Under the pieces are notes generated by a model. It was not told the origin of the DNA. It made no database searches and saw only the letters and a program-made list of their open reading frames with translations. A stretch of 64,000 nucleotides of DNA, from the NCBI GenBank assembly GCA_963832745.1, contig CAWHVC010000003.1, positions 576,001 through 640,000 on the forward strand. The letters run 5' to 3'. The stretch comes from Candidatus Bathyarchaeota archaeon. Lineage in GTDB: Archaea; Thermoproteota; Bathyarchaeia; Bathyarchaeales; Bathycorpusculaceae. The number at the start of each line of letters is the position of its first letter. Position 1 is the stretch's first letter. The position numbers and the translations under genes are program-made. Shown here piece by piece: positions 20,869-31,920 of this stretch.

Positions 20869-22074
20869 AGCATGAATTAAGTGTTATGATGCTATCTTGG
20901 GAGTATCCGCCAAGAGTAATCGGCGGAATTTCGCCACACATTTATCACTTGTCTAAAAGCTTAGCCAAGCAAGGGGTAAAAGTTTACGTTGCAACATGCG
21001 ATTTCCCAGGTGCACCAGCTCATGAAACCACTGTTGACGGCGTAGAAGTTTACCGCATGGACAGCTATAAAACTCCAGCGCCCGATTTTGCAACTTGGGT
21101 TTACCTCATGAACTTAAACATGCAAAAAGAAACCGCGGCAATTGTCCGTAAACTCGGAGACAAAATCGACGTTTTCCATGCACACGACTGGCTTGTTGCT
21201 AATGCTGGTATTGGGCTTAAGCACATTTTCAGAAAACCGTTGCTGGTAACCATGCATTCCACTGAGATGGGACGTCGTGATGGCACACACACATCTACAG
21301 AGAAGATGATTCATGAAACTGAAGCTTGGCTAAACTATGAAGCTTGGAAAGTTATCTGTTGCAGCGATTACATGATTCAACATGTAAAGTGGGCTTTTGG
21401 GTTGCCAAGTGATAAACTAGTCGATGGTTCCTAACGGCGTAGACACAAAAAGTTATGATGCAGCCAACAGTGATATGAAAGCTTTCAGAAGCCGATATGC
21501 TTTGCCTGAAGAAAAAATTGTCCTCTATGTTGGCAGACTCGTATACGAGAAAGGTATTCATATTTTAATTAATGCGGTGCCCAAAATCTTAAGCAAAGTC
21601 AACGCCAAATTCATAATTGTGGGCAGTGGCTACATGAAAGAGCAATTGTTAAACATTGTCCGCAGCATGGGTTTGGAACATAAAGTGCTTTTTGAAGGCT
21701 TCGTGGATGAAGATAGCCTGATAAAACTGCAGAAAGCCGCTGATGTTTCTGTTGTGCCTAGCCTGTTTGAACCCTTTGGCATTGTAGCGTTGGAGGCAAT
21801 GGCTGCAAAAAGTCCAGTGGTTGTTTCCGATACGGGCGGCTTATCTGAGATTGTTGAGCATGACGTTACAGGTGTGAAGGTTTACCCTAACAATCCTGAA
21901 TCGTTGGCTTGGGGCATAAGCAAGTTGCTGCTTGATCCTGTTTACGCGGGTAAAATTCGCGAGAACGCTTACCGCACGGTTCTTGAGAAGTATGATTGGG
22001 CTAAAATCGCTCAGCAAACCAAACAGATCTACGAGAATGTTCTGGGTGAGTACTCGAAAAGTTTTTGGGCTTAA
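20865..22074 (+). CDS. GT4 glycosyltransferase (putative glycogen synthase), split by a +1 frameshift near 21423
   Basis: SWEYPPRVIGG and HAHDW in the first ORF; VGRLVYEKG and EPFGIVALEAM in the second; deleting one G in GTC G ATG restores LVMVPNGVD. Confidence 0.88.
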
Positions 22075-22305
22075 TCTTTACCCAGTCAGCGGAGTAGGGT
22101 CTGTCTCGTAAAAAGAACTATATCCTTCTTTTACTTTTAGCAAATACTGACTAAATAGAAGCTGAACGGGTACACCGTTCCGGCAAAGTTTTTAGCACTC
22201 AAAAACGGCAGCACCTTTCTGTTAATCCTTTAAAGAAACAGGAACTGCTTGAGTTCTAAACATTACGCTTCTTGTTTAGCGGAGCTTATGTTTGGAGGTG
22301 AAAAC

Positions 22306-24411
22306 ATTAAGAAAAAAATTTTTTTCGCAGCTTCATTTTCAGTCATTTTTGTTTGTTCACTCTTGGTTTTAAATTTGCAGGCAAACGCGTCCATAAGTGA
22401 CGATCTTCAAATTACGCCTGTTCCAAACTTTTCAGGTCAAATGTTTTCATCTTTTTTTGCTCCAAACGGCACCTTGTTTGCAGGAGACATAAACTATAAC
22501 TTGTATCGTAGTGACGATTATGGCTCCACGTTTAGGCTGATTTATCAGTTTCCTAAACCTGATAACCCCGTAACTATGGTGACAGGGTATGTTTGGACAA
22601 TTTTTGTTGATTCAAGAAACAACCTTTTTGTTTCAATCCCCTGCACCAACCGTTTGTACCGTAGCACTAATTACGGAGCAAGTTTTTCAACGGTTCTTAA
22701 CACAAATGGCACGCAAAACGATGGTTTCTATATCGCGGTCACAGAAGATTCTCAAGGAAGTCTTTACACTGCAACCTACTGTAACAGCATCTACCCCAAC
22801 CAGCCGACACTGCTGAAAAGCACTAACGGTGGTGCTTCATGGCGGATAATACAGCAAGCATCTGCTATACATTATCATAACATCAAGTTTAACCCTTCAA
22901 ACGGTTACCTTTACGCTTGCACAGGAGAATGGACTCCCGGCTACAATAATGCTGACCGTGAACGGGTTTACCGAAGCAAAGACCTTGGACAAACGTGGAC
23001 CATAGTCATTGACAGGACAACGCAGGGTGAAGAATACGGCAACACCATTTATCTGCCGATGCTGTTTGATGGCAACTGGGTCTATTTAGGAACAGACCAA
23101 GCGTACCGACCGAACTGGATAGACCGCTTCTACGACACAGGCATAAACACGCTTTTCCAGCCCCAGACAGTCTACTCTTTCCCCAGCGACAGTAACTTTC
23201 CAGTAATCTCCGCTGTTTGGCTGGGTAACACGATGCTTTTCTCTTCAACCTCCGAGTTTTACGACGGCACAGAACGTGTAGTTGCAAGCAGAGACGGCGT
23301 AAACTGGGAAGTAATCAAAGAAGACTATGTTACCCAAAACCTTCACCACACAAACATGCTCACCTGCAATCCTAAAGGCATCGTTTTTGGGTCTAACGGT
23401 CCGGACAAAACTTTTGCGATAACACAAAAAACTGTTCAGCCAACACCCACCCCAACCGTGCAACCAACACCAACTCCGACAACGTCGCCAACACAAGAAC
23501 TCTTCAGAGCAGACTTTGAAACCAGCAGTTTTAGTGAATACCAAGGCATTAGCGGAGGCGGGACTCACACAGAAACAGTTGAAACAGCTAATCCTCATCA
23601 CGGTAGCTACGACGCCAAATTCGTAACAGGCTCGTCCAGCGAAGGATGGGCATACAAAACACTCACAAGCACACCTGTAGCCTACTATCGGCAACTAATC
23701 AAAATTGGGTCCTTGCCAACCACTAATGGTTACCTGTACTTGGGCAGCCTCCAAAACTCTAACTCCCAAAACACTGTTGACCCCTTTATCCACAACAGCA
23801 ACGGGCAATACTACTGGGGCACGGTGTCAGTAATTAATGGAGTATTCTTCTGGGACCAAGAAGCCACACCAAGCAACCCTAAAACTGGAACCTACTACAA
23901 CGTTGAAGTTCTCCGTGACGTAACTAACCATAAAACCCGTCTTTGGATTGACGGAAACCAGAGAGTTGACGCCACCCGTACGCATGTTGGAAACACGAAT
24001 TTGCTCTGCACAGGGATTTCTTGGAGTGACAGCGCCGCTTTGATTTATGTCGATTGTGTACTTGTAAAAACCTTGTATGTTGGTCCTGAATCATCTCCTC
24101 AACCAACTCCCACGCCAACGCCTACTCCTACGCCAACACCAACGGTTACACCTATGCCTTCTGATGCAGCATTAACACCGGCAATCCAAGTAAGCGCAAA
24201 CGTAACAGTAACAGCCATCAACTTCAGACAATCAACAAGCCAACTCTATGTCACCATAAGCAAAAACGGCACAAACCTTATCGAATCAACCATAAACAAA
24301 GCTAGCTTGCCAAGCATTGCGCAACTCAGGGTTTACATTAACAACAGCCAAAAAGCCTACACCTACACTGACCTGGGAAACTCATGGAAAATGACTGTTA
24401 AAACAACCTAA
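22306..24411 (+). CDS. Secreted Asp-box (BNR) beta-propeller protein with PT linkers and beta-sandwich domain, paralog 1
   Basis: Repeated SxDxGx(T/S)(W/F) motifs and two Pro-Thr linkers; start is ATT 22306 after GGAGGTG (alternative ATG 22288). Confidence 0.85.
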   Translation: MKKKIFFAASFSVIFVCSLLVLNLQANASISDDLQITPVPNFSGQMFSSFFAPNGTLFAGDINYNLYRSDDYGSTFRLIYQFPKPDNPVTMVTGYVWTIFVDSRNNLFVSIPCTNRLYRSTNYGASFSTVLNTNGTQNDGFYIAVTEDSQGSLYTATYCNSIYPNQPTLLKSTNGGASWRIIQQASAIHYHNIKFNPSNGYLYACTGEWTPGYNNADRERVYRSKDLGQTWTIVIDRTTQGEEYGNTIYLPMLFDGNWVYLGTDQAYRPNWIDRFYDTGINTLFQPQTVYSFPSDSNFPVISAVWLGNTMLFSSTSEFYDGTERVVASRDGVNWEVIKEDYVTQNLHHTNMLTCNPKGIVFGSNGPDKTFAITQKTVQPTPTPTVQPTPTPTTSPTQELFRADFETSSFSEYQGISGGGTHTETVETANPHHGSYDAKFVTGSSSEGWAYKTLTSTPVAYYRQLIKIGSLPTTNGYLYLGSLQNSNSQNTVDPFIHNSNGQYYWGTVSVINGVFFWDQEATPSNPKTGTYYNVEVLRDVTNHKTRLWIDGNQRVDATRTHVGNTNLLCTGISWSDSAALIYVDCVLVKTLYVGPESSPQPTPTPTPTPTPTPTVTPMPSDAALTPAIQVSANVTVTAINFRQSTSQLYVTISKNGTNLIESTINKASLPSIAQLRVYINNSQKAYTYTDLGNSWKMTVKTT

Positions 24412-24451
24412 TCCCCAGTTTTTAAACAATTTTTTGATTTAAGGTGAAAAA

Positions 24452-26494
24452 ATGAAAAACAAAACACTATTTTTCACAATTATCCTACTCTTAAGCTTAA
24501 TAGCTTCTATTTTCATAGTTCAAACTAAAAGCGCTCAATCCTTAACTTTCAATTCTACAACACTTACCAAGCCCATAGAAGCGTCATGTATCACCAAAGA
24601 CGGCACCACATACGCCGCATCATCAGGCAGCATCTACAAAAGCATTGACCAAGGCAAAGCATGGTCCACCGCACTAATAACAATCGCAAACGTAGACGAC
24701 ATAGGCTGCTTTTTTGCAGCATCAAACGGTTACATCTACTTTTCGCCCTCAGGAAACAGCCTTAGCCAATCAAACATTGGACTATGGCGAAGCACAAACC
24801 AAGGCCAAACATGGACACGAGTTCTCGCATTAAGCACTTCAGAATGCATCTGGGGAATCGACGAAGACAGCCAAGGTAACCTTTTTGCCGGCGTATACAC
24901 GACTGGCGATTTGAATTCTAACGCAAGAATCTACAAAAGCACAAACAACGGCACAGGTTGGACTTCAGTCTATTACGACTCAACAGCCCGACATGTTCAC
25001 TGCATAAGGGTCGATAAAAGCAACAATTACATCTACGCAACAGTCGGTGACAATTTTGGCGTATGGAATACAGCTTACGTTTTGCGGTCAACCAATGGTG
25101 GTTCAACCTGGACAAAAATCCTCGCTGGTATGCCTCAAATGGTAGCGATTGAAATATTGCCGGGTGTAAGAATTTTTGGAACAGACTTTTACGCTGCCAA
25201 CGGCCTTTTCAGAACAACTGACGACAACTCTTTCACTCAGGTTTTGGACGTTGGTGCCAGTTCGTACTGTTTTTGGATACGCAAAAGTGACATGGAAAAT
25301 CTTGTGGTTGCTGGATTCTGTGGAGGAGAGGGTTCTCCAAGAACTGCCGGTGTTTATGTAAGCACTGATAACGGTTTAAGCTGGACTTTAGCAGAAAGCC
25401 TTCCAACCCAAAAAGCCTACGATGGAACCAAAACGGCAAGCAATTATGTTCAAGGCGTACTTTACCATGATGTAATATTAAACGGAGTTTTACAAAACGG
25501 CAAATCCATAATTTCAACCATGCCCACGCCTACTCTGACACCAACACCTACGCAAACACAAGTGCCCACACAGGAACTTTTCAAAGCTGACTTTGAAACC
25601 GGAAGTTTTAGTGAGTATCAAGGCGTAAACGGAGCAGGTACATACACGGCAAATATTGAAAACGGCAGCCCTCACCATGGCTCATACGACGCCAAATTTA
25701 CTGCCGGAGCCTCAAGTGAAGGTTGGGCATACAAGACCCTCACCAGTTCACCAACCATCTTTTACCGTCAACTACTAAAAATTGGCACGTTACCTCAATC
25801 AGGCTCTTACTTGTACTTGGGAAGTATTCAAAACTCCAACTCCGAAAACACGCTTGACCCATTCATCTACAACGCCAATGGTCAGTATTATTGGGGAACA
25901 GTTTCAGTTATCAACGGTGCATTCTATTGGGACAGGGAATCCACTCCGAGTAATCCGCAAACTGGAGTCTACTATAACGTGGAAATCTGCAGAGACACAG
26001 CTGGACACCACAGCCAACTATGGGTAGACGGAACCTCAAAGGTAAACGCGGTCAGGGCTCATGTTGGCAACACTAATTTGCTGTGCACAGGAATTTCTTA
26101 TGCAGAATCAGCCTCAACGGTTTATGTTGACTGCGTCAGGGTCAGCACAGCCTATATCGCTCCCGAGAGTGCACCTCAACCAACACCCACACCAACCGTA
26201 ACACCAACGCCGACTCCCACACCCACGCCTACACCTAAACCCTCAGACGCGCCAGTAACAAACGCCGTTCAAATCAGCGCTAACGTAACCGTAACAGAAG
26301 TCAACTTTCAGCAATCAACAAGACAACTAAACATAACCATAATCAAAAACGGCACAAACCAAATAGAAGCAACAATCAACAAAAACAGTCTACCCACAAT
26401 TTCAACACTTAAAGTCTACATTAATGGCAGCCAAAAAACCTACAACTACACTGACAATGGCGACTCGTGGAAAGTCACCATAAAAACAACCTAA
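24452..26494 (+). CDS. Secreted Asp-box beta-propeller protein, paralog 2
   Basis: Signal peptide, SxD/NxGxTW repeats, PT linkers; C-terminal ~310 aa closely similar to paralog 1. Confidence 0.88.
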   Translation: MKNKTLFFTIILLLSLIASIFIVQTKSAQSLTFNSTTLTKPIEASCITKDGTTYAASSGSIYKSIDQGKAWSTALITIANVDDIGCFFAASNGYIYFSPSGNSLSQSNIGLWRSTNQGQTWTRVLALSTSECIWGIDEDSQGNLFAGVYTTGDLNSNARIYKSTNNGTGWTSVYYDSTARHVHCIRVDKSNNYIYATVGDNFGVWNTAYVLRSTNGGSTWTKILAGMPQMVAIEILPGVRIFGTDFYAANGLFRTTDDNSFTQVLDVGASSYCFWIRKSDMENLVVAGFCGGEGSPRTAGVYVSTDNGLSWTLAESLPTQKAYDGTKTASNYVQGVLYHDVILNGVLQNGKSIISTMPTPTLTPTPTQTQVPTQELFKADFETGSFSEYQGVNGAGTYTANIENGSPHHGSYDAKFTAGASSEGWAYKTLTSSPTIFYRQLLKIGTLPQSGSYLYLGSIQNSNSENTLDPFIYNANGQYYWGTVSVINGAFYWDRESTPSNPQTGVYYNVEICRDTAGHHSQLWVDGTSKVNAVRAHVGNTNLLCTGISYAESASTVYVDCVRVSTAYIAPESAPQPTPTPTVTPTPTPTPTPTPKPSDAPVTNAVQISANVTVTEVNFQQSTRQLNITIIKNGTNQIEATINKNSLPTISTLKVYINGSQKTYNYTDNGDSWKVTIKTT

Positions 26495-26597
26495 CAACTC
26501 CGTTTTCTAAAGAAAAAATTGACCTCTAACAAATTATTTGCTTGACAAAATAAATTATCAAAAAACCTAAAAAGCAATAACATTGCATCTAAATTTC

Positions 26598-27296
26598 ATG
26601 AGTTCTGAAGATGACTCGTTACACAAGATTCTGAAGGATAAAACAAGAAGAAAAATCATACTCTTGCTAAATGAAAAAGGTAGTTTGAGTTATACCGATT
26701 TACTTGATGGTTTGGAAGATGTTAGCACTGGACTATTGAATTACCACTTAAAAGTTCTTGACGACCTTTTGGCAAAGACTGAGACGGGACAGTATGTTCT
26801 TACAGAAAAGGGTAAGATTGCGTTACGACTGTTGATAGAGTTTCCTAACGGCGGCAGTCTTGGACGGCTGCATAAATGGGAGCGTAAGTTTTGGGTAGCG
26901 GCGCTTATGGTTGCTGTCGGTTTGTTGGTTACTCATTTTGTGGCATATTTTTTAGGTTACATTGATTTAAGTGGCATATACCGAGGTTTGCTTTGGATTA
27001 TTCCTGCTATAAGTGTCGTTTACCTTATTGAACATGTACTGAGAGACCTTGTGTCGCTAAAAATCCGTTCAAAGTATTTGATTGCTAACTATTATGCTAG
27101 GGGATTAGTTTTTGGTTTGTTGCTATGGTTTGCCTTGACTATCGGTTTAGGCTTAGGCATATCAAGTGGGCTAATAAGTCTGGCTTTTCTTGGACGCGGA
27201 GGCCAAATCACTTTACAAATAGGTAGCCTAATAGTATGTTGCGCAATAGGTTCGTTAATTAACAAATGGCAATGTGGGTCTCCACCAACTGAGTAA
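26598..27296 (+). CDS. Winged-helix regulator fused to a multi-TM domain
   Basis: LKDKTRRKII...LNYHLKVL...YVLTEKG followed by four hydrophobic helices. Confidence 0.85.
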   Translation: MSSEDDSLHKILKDKTRRKIILLLNEKGSLSYTDLLDGLEDVSTGLLNYHLKVLDDLLAKTETGQYVLTEKGKIALRLLIEFPNGGSLGRLHKWERKFWVAALMVAVGLLVTHFVAYFLGYIDLSGIYRGLLWIIPAISVVYLIEHVLRDLVSLKIRSKYLIANYYARGLVFGLLLWFALTIGLGLGISSGLISLAFLGRGGQITLQIGSLIVCCAIGSLINKWQCGSPPTE

Positions 27297-27326
27297 GCAC
27301 CTTTTAGCCTACTTTAAAAAGAAAGG

Positions 27327-28688
27327 TTATTTGCCGATTACTCGGACATTCTCCACTTCAATCCACGGCGCAATCAAACCGCCCACTTGCCGCTCATTGC
27401 TGCCGACAACAGTGATGTTTTTCAGAACCTCAAAAATGTTGCCTGCAAGCATGACGCCTCTTGAAGCGTAATCGATTTCGCCGTTTTTGATTTTCCATGC
27501 CGGCGTTGCTACAACTGAGAATTCGCCGCTGACTGGGTTGCTGCTGTGTGCACCTTGCAAGTAATAAACCAGTAACCCGTCATCAACTTGCCGTAGCATG
27601 TCATCTGCTGAGAGGGTTCCCGGCATGACGTGGAAGTTTGTTGTGTCAATGCCCGGAGTAGACAGGTAACCTGCACGTGACGCGTTGCCAGTGCTTTCCT
27701 TGCTTTCTTTTTTGGCAGCATAATTGTCGTAAATGAAATTCTTCAGAATCCCTTTCTCGATTATCGGAGTTTTTCTATGCGGTACGCCTTCGCCATCAAA
27801 AAGCCAAGTCCTCATGCCGCCCGGATATAAGCCGTCATCGTAAATAGTCAAGTTTTCAGAAGCGACTTTTTCGCCGATTTTTCCTTTAAACGGTGACTGA
27901 CCCCGCTGTACACTATCTGCCCTAACGGCGTTAATCAGGGTGTAGCTGAGCAGGTCTTGCAGGGCAAACTGTGTTAAAATTAGTTTGGTAGTTTTGGTTT
28001 CGATTGACTTGTTTTTTAGGGCTGAAACTGAGAGTTTTGCAGCTTCTCTTCCAACCCATGCTGGGTCAATTTGGTAGTTTCTTGCAGCGTTAAACTCAAA
28101 ACAAATCGGCGTCACCTTGCTGCCGTCTTTGGCCAACGTGGCAAGGCTACATTCAATAACTGTGCCTTTGTCGAAGCCTAAGACGCCGTTTGAGTTGGCT
28201 ACTGCGTTGGAAATGTAAGCGTTTCCTATTCCGCCTTCAGCTGCAAAAACCTTCTTATCAACTTGGGTTGCTGAATCAATCATTGTCTGTGAAAGATTCA
28301 CTAACTCGTCAGAGCTAATCTCTAAGACTTTGTTGTCAAACGTGCCCTCCAAAGCGGCTGTATAGGACTTTTTTTGAGTAAAGCCTTTCCAGTCTGCGTC
28401 GGGTTTGCTGGCTTTAGCTGAACTTAAAGCGTTATTAACGATTTTTTCTATGGCGTTTGGATCGTTAACTATGTTCGTGTAGGCAAATCCTACTGCTTTG
28501 TTCACCACTACTCTGATGCCGACTCCTCGGTCGATAATCTGGTTAGTTTTGTTAACTTGTCCAAGCTCAATACCTATGTTGGAAGCTTGCCCCTCGTAAA
28601 CGTAAGCTTCAGCTTCAAAGGCACCTTTAGCAACTGCTGCTTGGACAGTTTTTTCCGCTATACTTAACATTTCATTTTTTTCAAGCAC
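27327..28688 (-). CDS. pmbA: TldD/PmbA family protein (PmbA/TldE-like)
   Basis: FDGEG, STGNASR and NPVSGEFS motifs; lacks the HExxxH motif; paired with TldD. Confidence 0.9.
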   Translation of the reverse strand: MLEKNEMLSIAEKTVQAAVAKGAFEAEAYVYEGQASNIGIELGQVNKTNQIIDRGVGIRVVVNKAVGFAYTNIVNDPNAIEKIVNNALSSAKASKPDADWKGFTQKKSYTAALEGTFDNKVLEISSDELVNLSQTMIDSATQVDKKVFAAEGGIGNAYISNAVANSNGVLGFDKGTVIECSLATLAKDGSKVTPICFEFNAARNYQIDPAWVGREAAKLSVSALKNKSIETKTTKLILTQFALQDLLSYTLINAVRADSVQRGQSPFKGKIGEKVASENLTIYDDGLYPGGMRTWLFDGEGVPHRKTPIIEKGILKNFIYDNYAAKKESKESTGNASRAGYLSTPGIDTTNFHVMPGTLSADDMLRQVDDGLLVYYLQGAHSSNPVSGEFSVVATPAWKIKNGEIDYASRGVMLAGNIFEVLKNITVVGSNERQVGGLIAPWIEVENVRVIGK

Positions 28689-30066
28689 TGCCACCAATAA
28701 CCACCTCATTTATTCTAATGTGCGGTCCACCATCACCGATAAAAGCGGTTTGGCCTTTGCCGCATCTGCCCGAATCTATGGCGAAATCTTTGCCTACCGC
28801 ATCTACTTTTAGCAGGGTTTCAAGTGTATTGCCGCTTATTGAAGCATCCCTTACTGGGGCACCAATTTCGCCGTTAACAATTTCGTAGCCTTCTTGTATG
28901 CCAACTTGGAAGGTGCCGTCAAGATTTGCTTGGCCACCCCTAAAACTCTTAAAGAAATACCCAGACTTTACGCCTTCAAAAAGCTCTTCAAGAGTGTGGT
29001 CTCTTGGCGCCATGTAAGTATTGCGCATGCGTATTATGGGTTCTACACGGAAATCTTCTGCACGTGCGTTGCCTGTTGGTTGGGCATTAAATTTTTGGGC
29101 TGTTTCGCGGTTGTGCATAAGCCCAATTACAACGCCATTTTCTATAAGTAACGTTTTCTGTGCTGGAACACCTTCATCATCATATTTGAATGAGCCAAAG
29201 GCGCCGGGAACTGTGCCATCATCATAAAACGTTACAAGGTCTGAACCAATCTTTTTGCCCATCGCATTAAACAAAACGCCGCCTGACAATGCTAAATCTG
29301 CCTCGGCAAGATGCCCAAAGGCTTCATGAACAAACACTCCCACCACGTTTGGACCCAACACGACGGGAGCTTTACCGCCTTTAAGTGATTTAGCGGATAA
29401 CTGTTCGACTGCACGTTTAGCAGTTGTTTCGCCAATAATCTCTGGAGTTTCTGTGTCAAAGACTTCATAACCCAGCGTGGAGCCTACTTCTTCACGGCTA
29501 AAAGTAAAAACGCCCTTACTTTCAGCTGAAGCAGTGATTCTTGACCAGACATACATTTTGTCCTGCTGAATGCTACTGCCTTCACTGTTAACAAAAAAAC
29601 TGGAGCCTGTCAAGTCTAAATAGTCAACTGTGCAGCTTTTAATTCGTCCATCATAATGCTGGATTGTCTTGTTAATTTGAGCGATGTCTTTGATTTTATC
29701 TTCCACCGCTATGTCCGAGGGATTCTTTTTTGCTTTTACTTCCACGTGGTCGTTGACGGTTTTGGCTGAAGCAAGCTTGATTGGGTTTTTGAGTCGTTGG
29801 CTTGCGGTTTTAGCCATCACGCACGCGTTTGAAACTGCACCCAACAAAATGTCGCTTTCCAAAGAGCCAACAGAAGCAAAACCCCATGCACCGTTGACGA
29901 GTACGCGCAGGGCGACGCCGTTTTCGATTCCCGTTTTTGCGGCTTCTACGCGTCCTTCTTTAAGCGTTAGCATGGTTTTGTAGAGTTTTTGTGCTCTTGC
30001 CTCCGCGTAGTTTGCTTCATATTTTTGTGTTGCTTCTTGGATAATTTTTGAGAGAACTTCCTGCAA
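28681..30066 (-). CDS. tldD: TldD metalloprotease
   Basis: [24 protein letters not shown] and CGKGQ motifs. Confidence 0.93.
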   Translation of the reverse strand: MQEVLSKIIQEATQKYEANYAEARAQKLYKTMLTLKEGRVEAAKTGIENGVALRVLVNGAWGFASVGSLESDILLGAVSNACVMAKTASQRLKNPIKLASAKTVNDHVEVKAKKNPSDIAVEDKIKDIAQINKTIQHYDGRIKSCTVDYLDLTGSSFFVNSEGSSIQQDKMYVWSRITASAESKGVFTFSREEVGSTLGYEVFDTETPEIIGETTAKRAVEQLSAKSLKGGKAPVVLGPNVVGVFVHEAFGHLAEADLALSGGVLFNAMGKKIGSDLVTFYDDGTVPGAFGSFKYDDEGVPAQKTLLIENGVVIGLMHNRETAQKFNAQPTGNARAEDFRVEPIIRMRNTYMAPRDHTLEELFEGVKSGYFFKSFRGGQANLDGTFQVGIQEGYEIVNGEIGAPVRDASISGNTLETLLKVDAVGKDFAIDSGRCGKGQTAFIGDGGPHIRINEVVIGGSA

Positions 30067-30171
30067 GTGTAATCAAACCTTTTGTTAAAGAAACAGTTAC
30101 TAGTGGGTTTTGCGTGGATTAAATTGTTTTGTTTCTATAAAGGGAAATAGGGGTTTATTGCTGCTTCTTTT

Positions 30172-30420
30172 TTATGCCTCTATGGTGCCTATTGCATGTA
30201 GTATTCTTGTTTGTACTGGTATTGCCCCGCTGCTTAGGCAGTCTTCGAGTCCTTTGGAGAACAGGTCTAATTTGAGGCTGAACTGGTTTGGTGTTAGTTG
30301 GTAGTTGTTTTCTAAGTATTTGTATATGTAGAAGGTTCCTTTTGTTCCAAAAACTTCGGTTAGGACGTTGTTGATGATTTTGTTTATGGAGTCACCAATT
30401 TGTCTGTTACAGGTTTCCAT
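30172..30420 (-). CDS. Small helical hypothetical protein
   Basis: VLTEVFGTKG..IYKYLE..F..GLE pattern common in small Thaumarchaeota/Bathyarchaeia proteins. Confidence 0.6.
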   Translation of the reverse strand: METCNRQIGDSINKIINNVLTEVFGTKGTFYIYKYLENNYQLTPNQFSLKLDLFSKGLEDCLSSGAIPVQTRILHAIGTIEA

Positions 30421-30522
30421 CCATACACCCACTCGTAGTCAGAATCCGACTCCGCCAAACTAATAAGTGTTCTCACCCAACTGTCAAACAAAAAAACACA
30501 AAATTCTCCATAAAATCCATGC

Positions 30523-31818
30523 CTACCAAAAATCAGACATATTCAACTGTTGAACACGTTTCACAGCCGGCTTAACCCTAACCTGCGGCAACGATGGCAC
30601 ATCCAAAACCAGCTGCCCATAAACCCCATCATAACCCGGAGTAACCTTAAGCGCACCCTCACGCACCTTAACAATAGTCTCCGCAAGCACCCCATCAACA
30701 ACCGCTGCCAACGCCTCCTTAGACGCATCAATAAGTACCGTGTATTCATCCCCAAACTTGCCGATCAACGCATTATATTTACTCCAAACCGCCTGAGTAG
30801 ACGGCGAATCAACCCCAAGCACAGTGGCAATAATCTCCGACAAAGGCAACAAATGCATAAATTTGGGTGCGCCATCGCGTTTAAAATCGGCTGGTCTGTC
30901 CGCCAGTTCTTCCACGCGTTGCTCGACGCCTTTGGTTAGTCGTCGTCGGCAGACTGGGCAGACATTTCCAAATTTTATGGCTTCTTGTGGTGGATATGAG
31001 ACTTTGCAGTTGCGGTGGCCTGTCCAGTGGTATTTGCCGTAGGCTGGGTCAGTTTCAATAGTGAACTTTAACCGTTCTGGGTCATTAGTTTTTATTGCAT
31101 CGATGACTTGGCTGTAAGTGAATTGTTCAAGTTCAAACACGTTGGCTTCTCTGCCGATTCTCCACGGCCAAAAACTATGACAATCACTGTTCGATAACAG
31201 CGTGAAGCGGTCGAGTTTGCTTATCCGCCAGTTCATAGCAGGGTCAGAAGAAAGCCCTGTTTCCAATGCGTGAATGTGTTTTGTCATGTCTTGGTAACAA
31301 TCTTCAATGCTGTCAAAACCGCTAAACGCCCCAAAAAGGCTAAACCATGGTGTCCAAGCGTGAGCAGGAAAAACCATGTTCCAATCCGAAACCGCCATAA
31401 CTTCCTCAACAAGCTGTGGTGCAGTCATGTTCAAAATTGGCCTGCCATCCGAGGCTAAATCACCAAAACGTGTCAGCCGTTCGTTAATTTGTTCAACCGC
31501 CTCAAGACTCGGCGATAATATGACATGGTGTATCTTTTTTGATTCGCCTTTGTAATCAAAGATTGTGCAGACTTCAGTTGTAAGCATGAACCGTGTCTGG
31601 GAGTCGGGGTTGCCTGCGATTCTGAAAAGATTAGTGTCGCCGTCGGGGACGAGGGTTTGTTTTATTTCTTTTAGCCAATCTGGTTGTGTGAAGTCACCTG
31701 TGCCGATGAGGTTTAAGCCTTTGATTTTTCCGTACCGCCCAATTTCTGAAAGGTTCATTTGGCTGCTTGTGGCTCGACTGTAACGACCATGAATGTGCAG
31801 ATCAGCAATTACTCGGAT
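30523..31818 (-). CDS. endoQ: Endonuclease Q family protein (PHP domain plus zinc finger)
   Basis: In-frame N-terminus IRVIADLHIHGRYSRATS upstream of the ORF call; GTGDFT, NSDCHS, GKYHWTGHRNC, CPVC, GVEQRVEELAD and PGYDGVYG motifs; start codon ambiguous. Confidence 0.9.
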   Translation of the reverse strand: MRVIADLHIHGRYSRATSSQMNLSEIGRYGKIKGLNLIGTGDFTQPDWLKEIKQTLVPDGDTNLFRIAGNPDSQTRFMLTTEVCTIFDYKGESKKIHHVILSPSLEAVEQINERLTRFGDLASDGRPILNMTAPQLVEEVMAVSDWNMVFPAHAWTPWFSLFGAFSGFDSIEDCYQDMTKHIHALETGLSSDPAMNWRISKLDRFTLLSNSDCHSFWPWRIGREANVFELEQFTYSQVIDAIKTNDPERLKFTIETDPAYGKYHWTGHRNCKVSYPPQEAIKFGNVCPVCRRRLTKGVEQRVEELADRPADFKRDGAPKFMHLLPLSEIIATVLGVDSPSTQAVWSKYNALIGKFGDEYTVLIDASKEALAAVVDGVLAETIVKVREGALKVTPGYDGVYGQLVLDVPSLPQVRVKPAVKRVQQLNMSDFW

Positions 31819-31920
31819 TAGACAACATCCCCCTTTTGGTACTTGAACACTTGTTAGTGTGCTTGTTTAGGGGTTTAATGGGTAGGTAATAGAAAAGCGT
31901 TGCTTATTGACTTAAGCGCA

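Noticed and set aside
21415-21434. Programmed frameshifting in GT4 and the other split genes
   Set aside because: No slippery heptamer or shared signal; the uniform +1 insertions are better explained by assembly error.
23435-26240. Short tandem CCAACA/CCTACT-type repeats
   Set aside because: They encode Pro-Thr linkers inside CDSs; not a CRISPR array or an independent repeat.
31878-31895. GGGTAGGT as a fifth copy of the dispersed repeat
   Set aside because: The flanking CCTA and ATGTTGAAA modules are absent.
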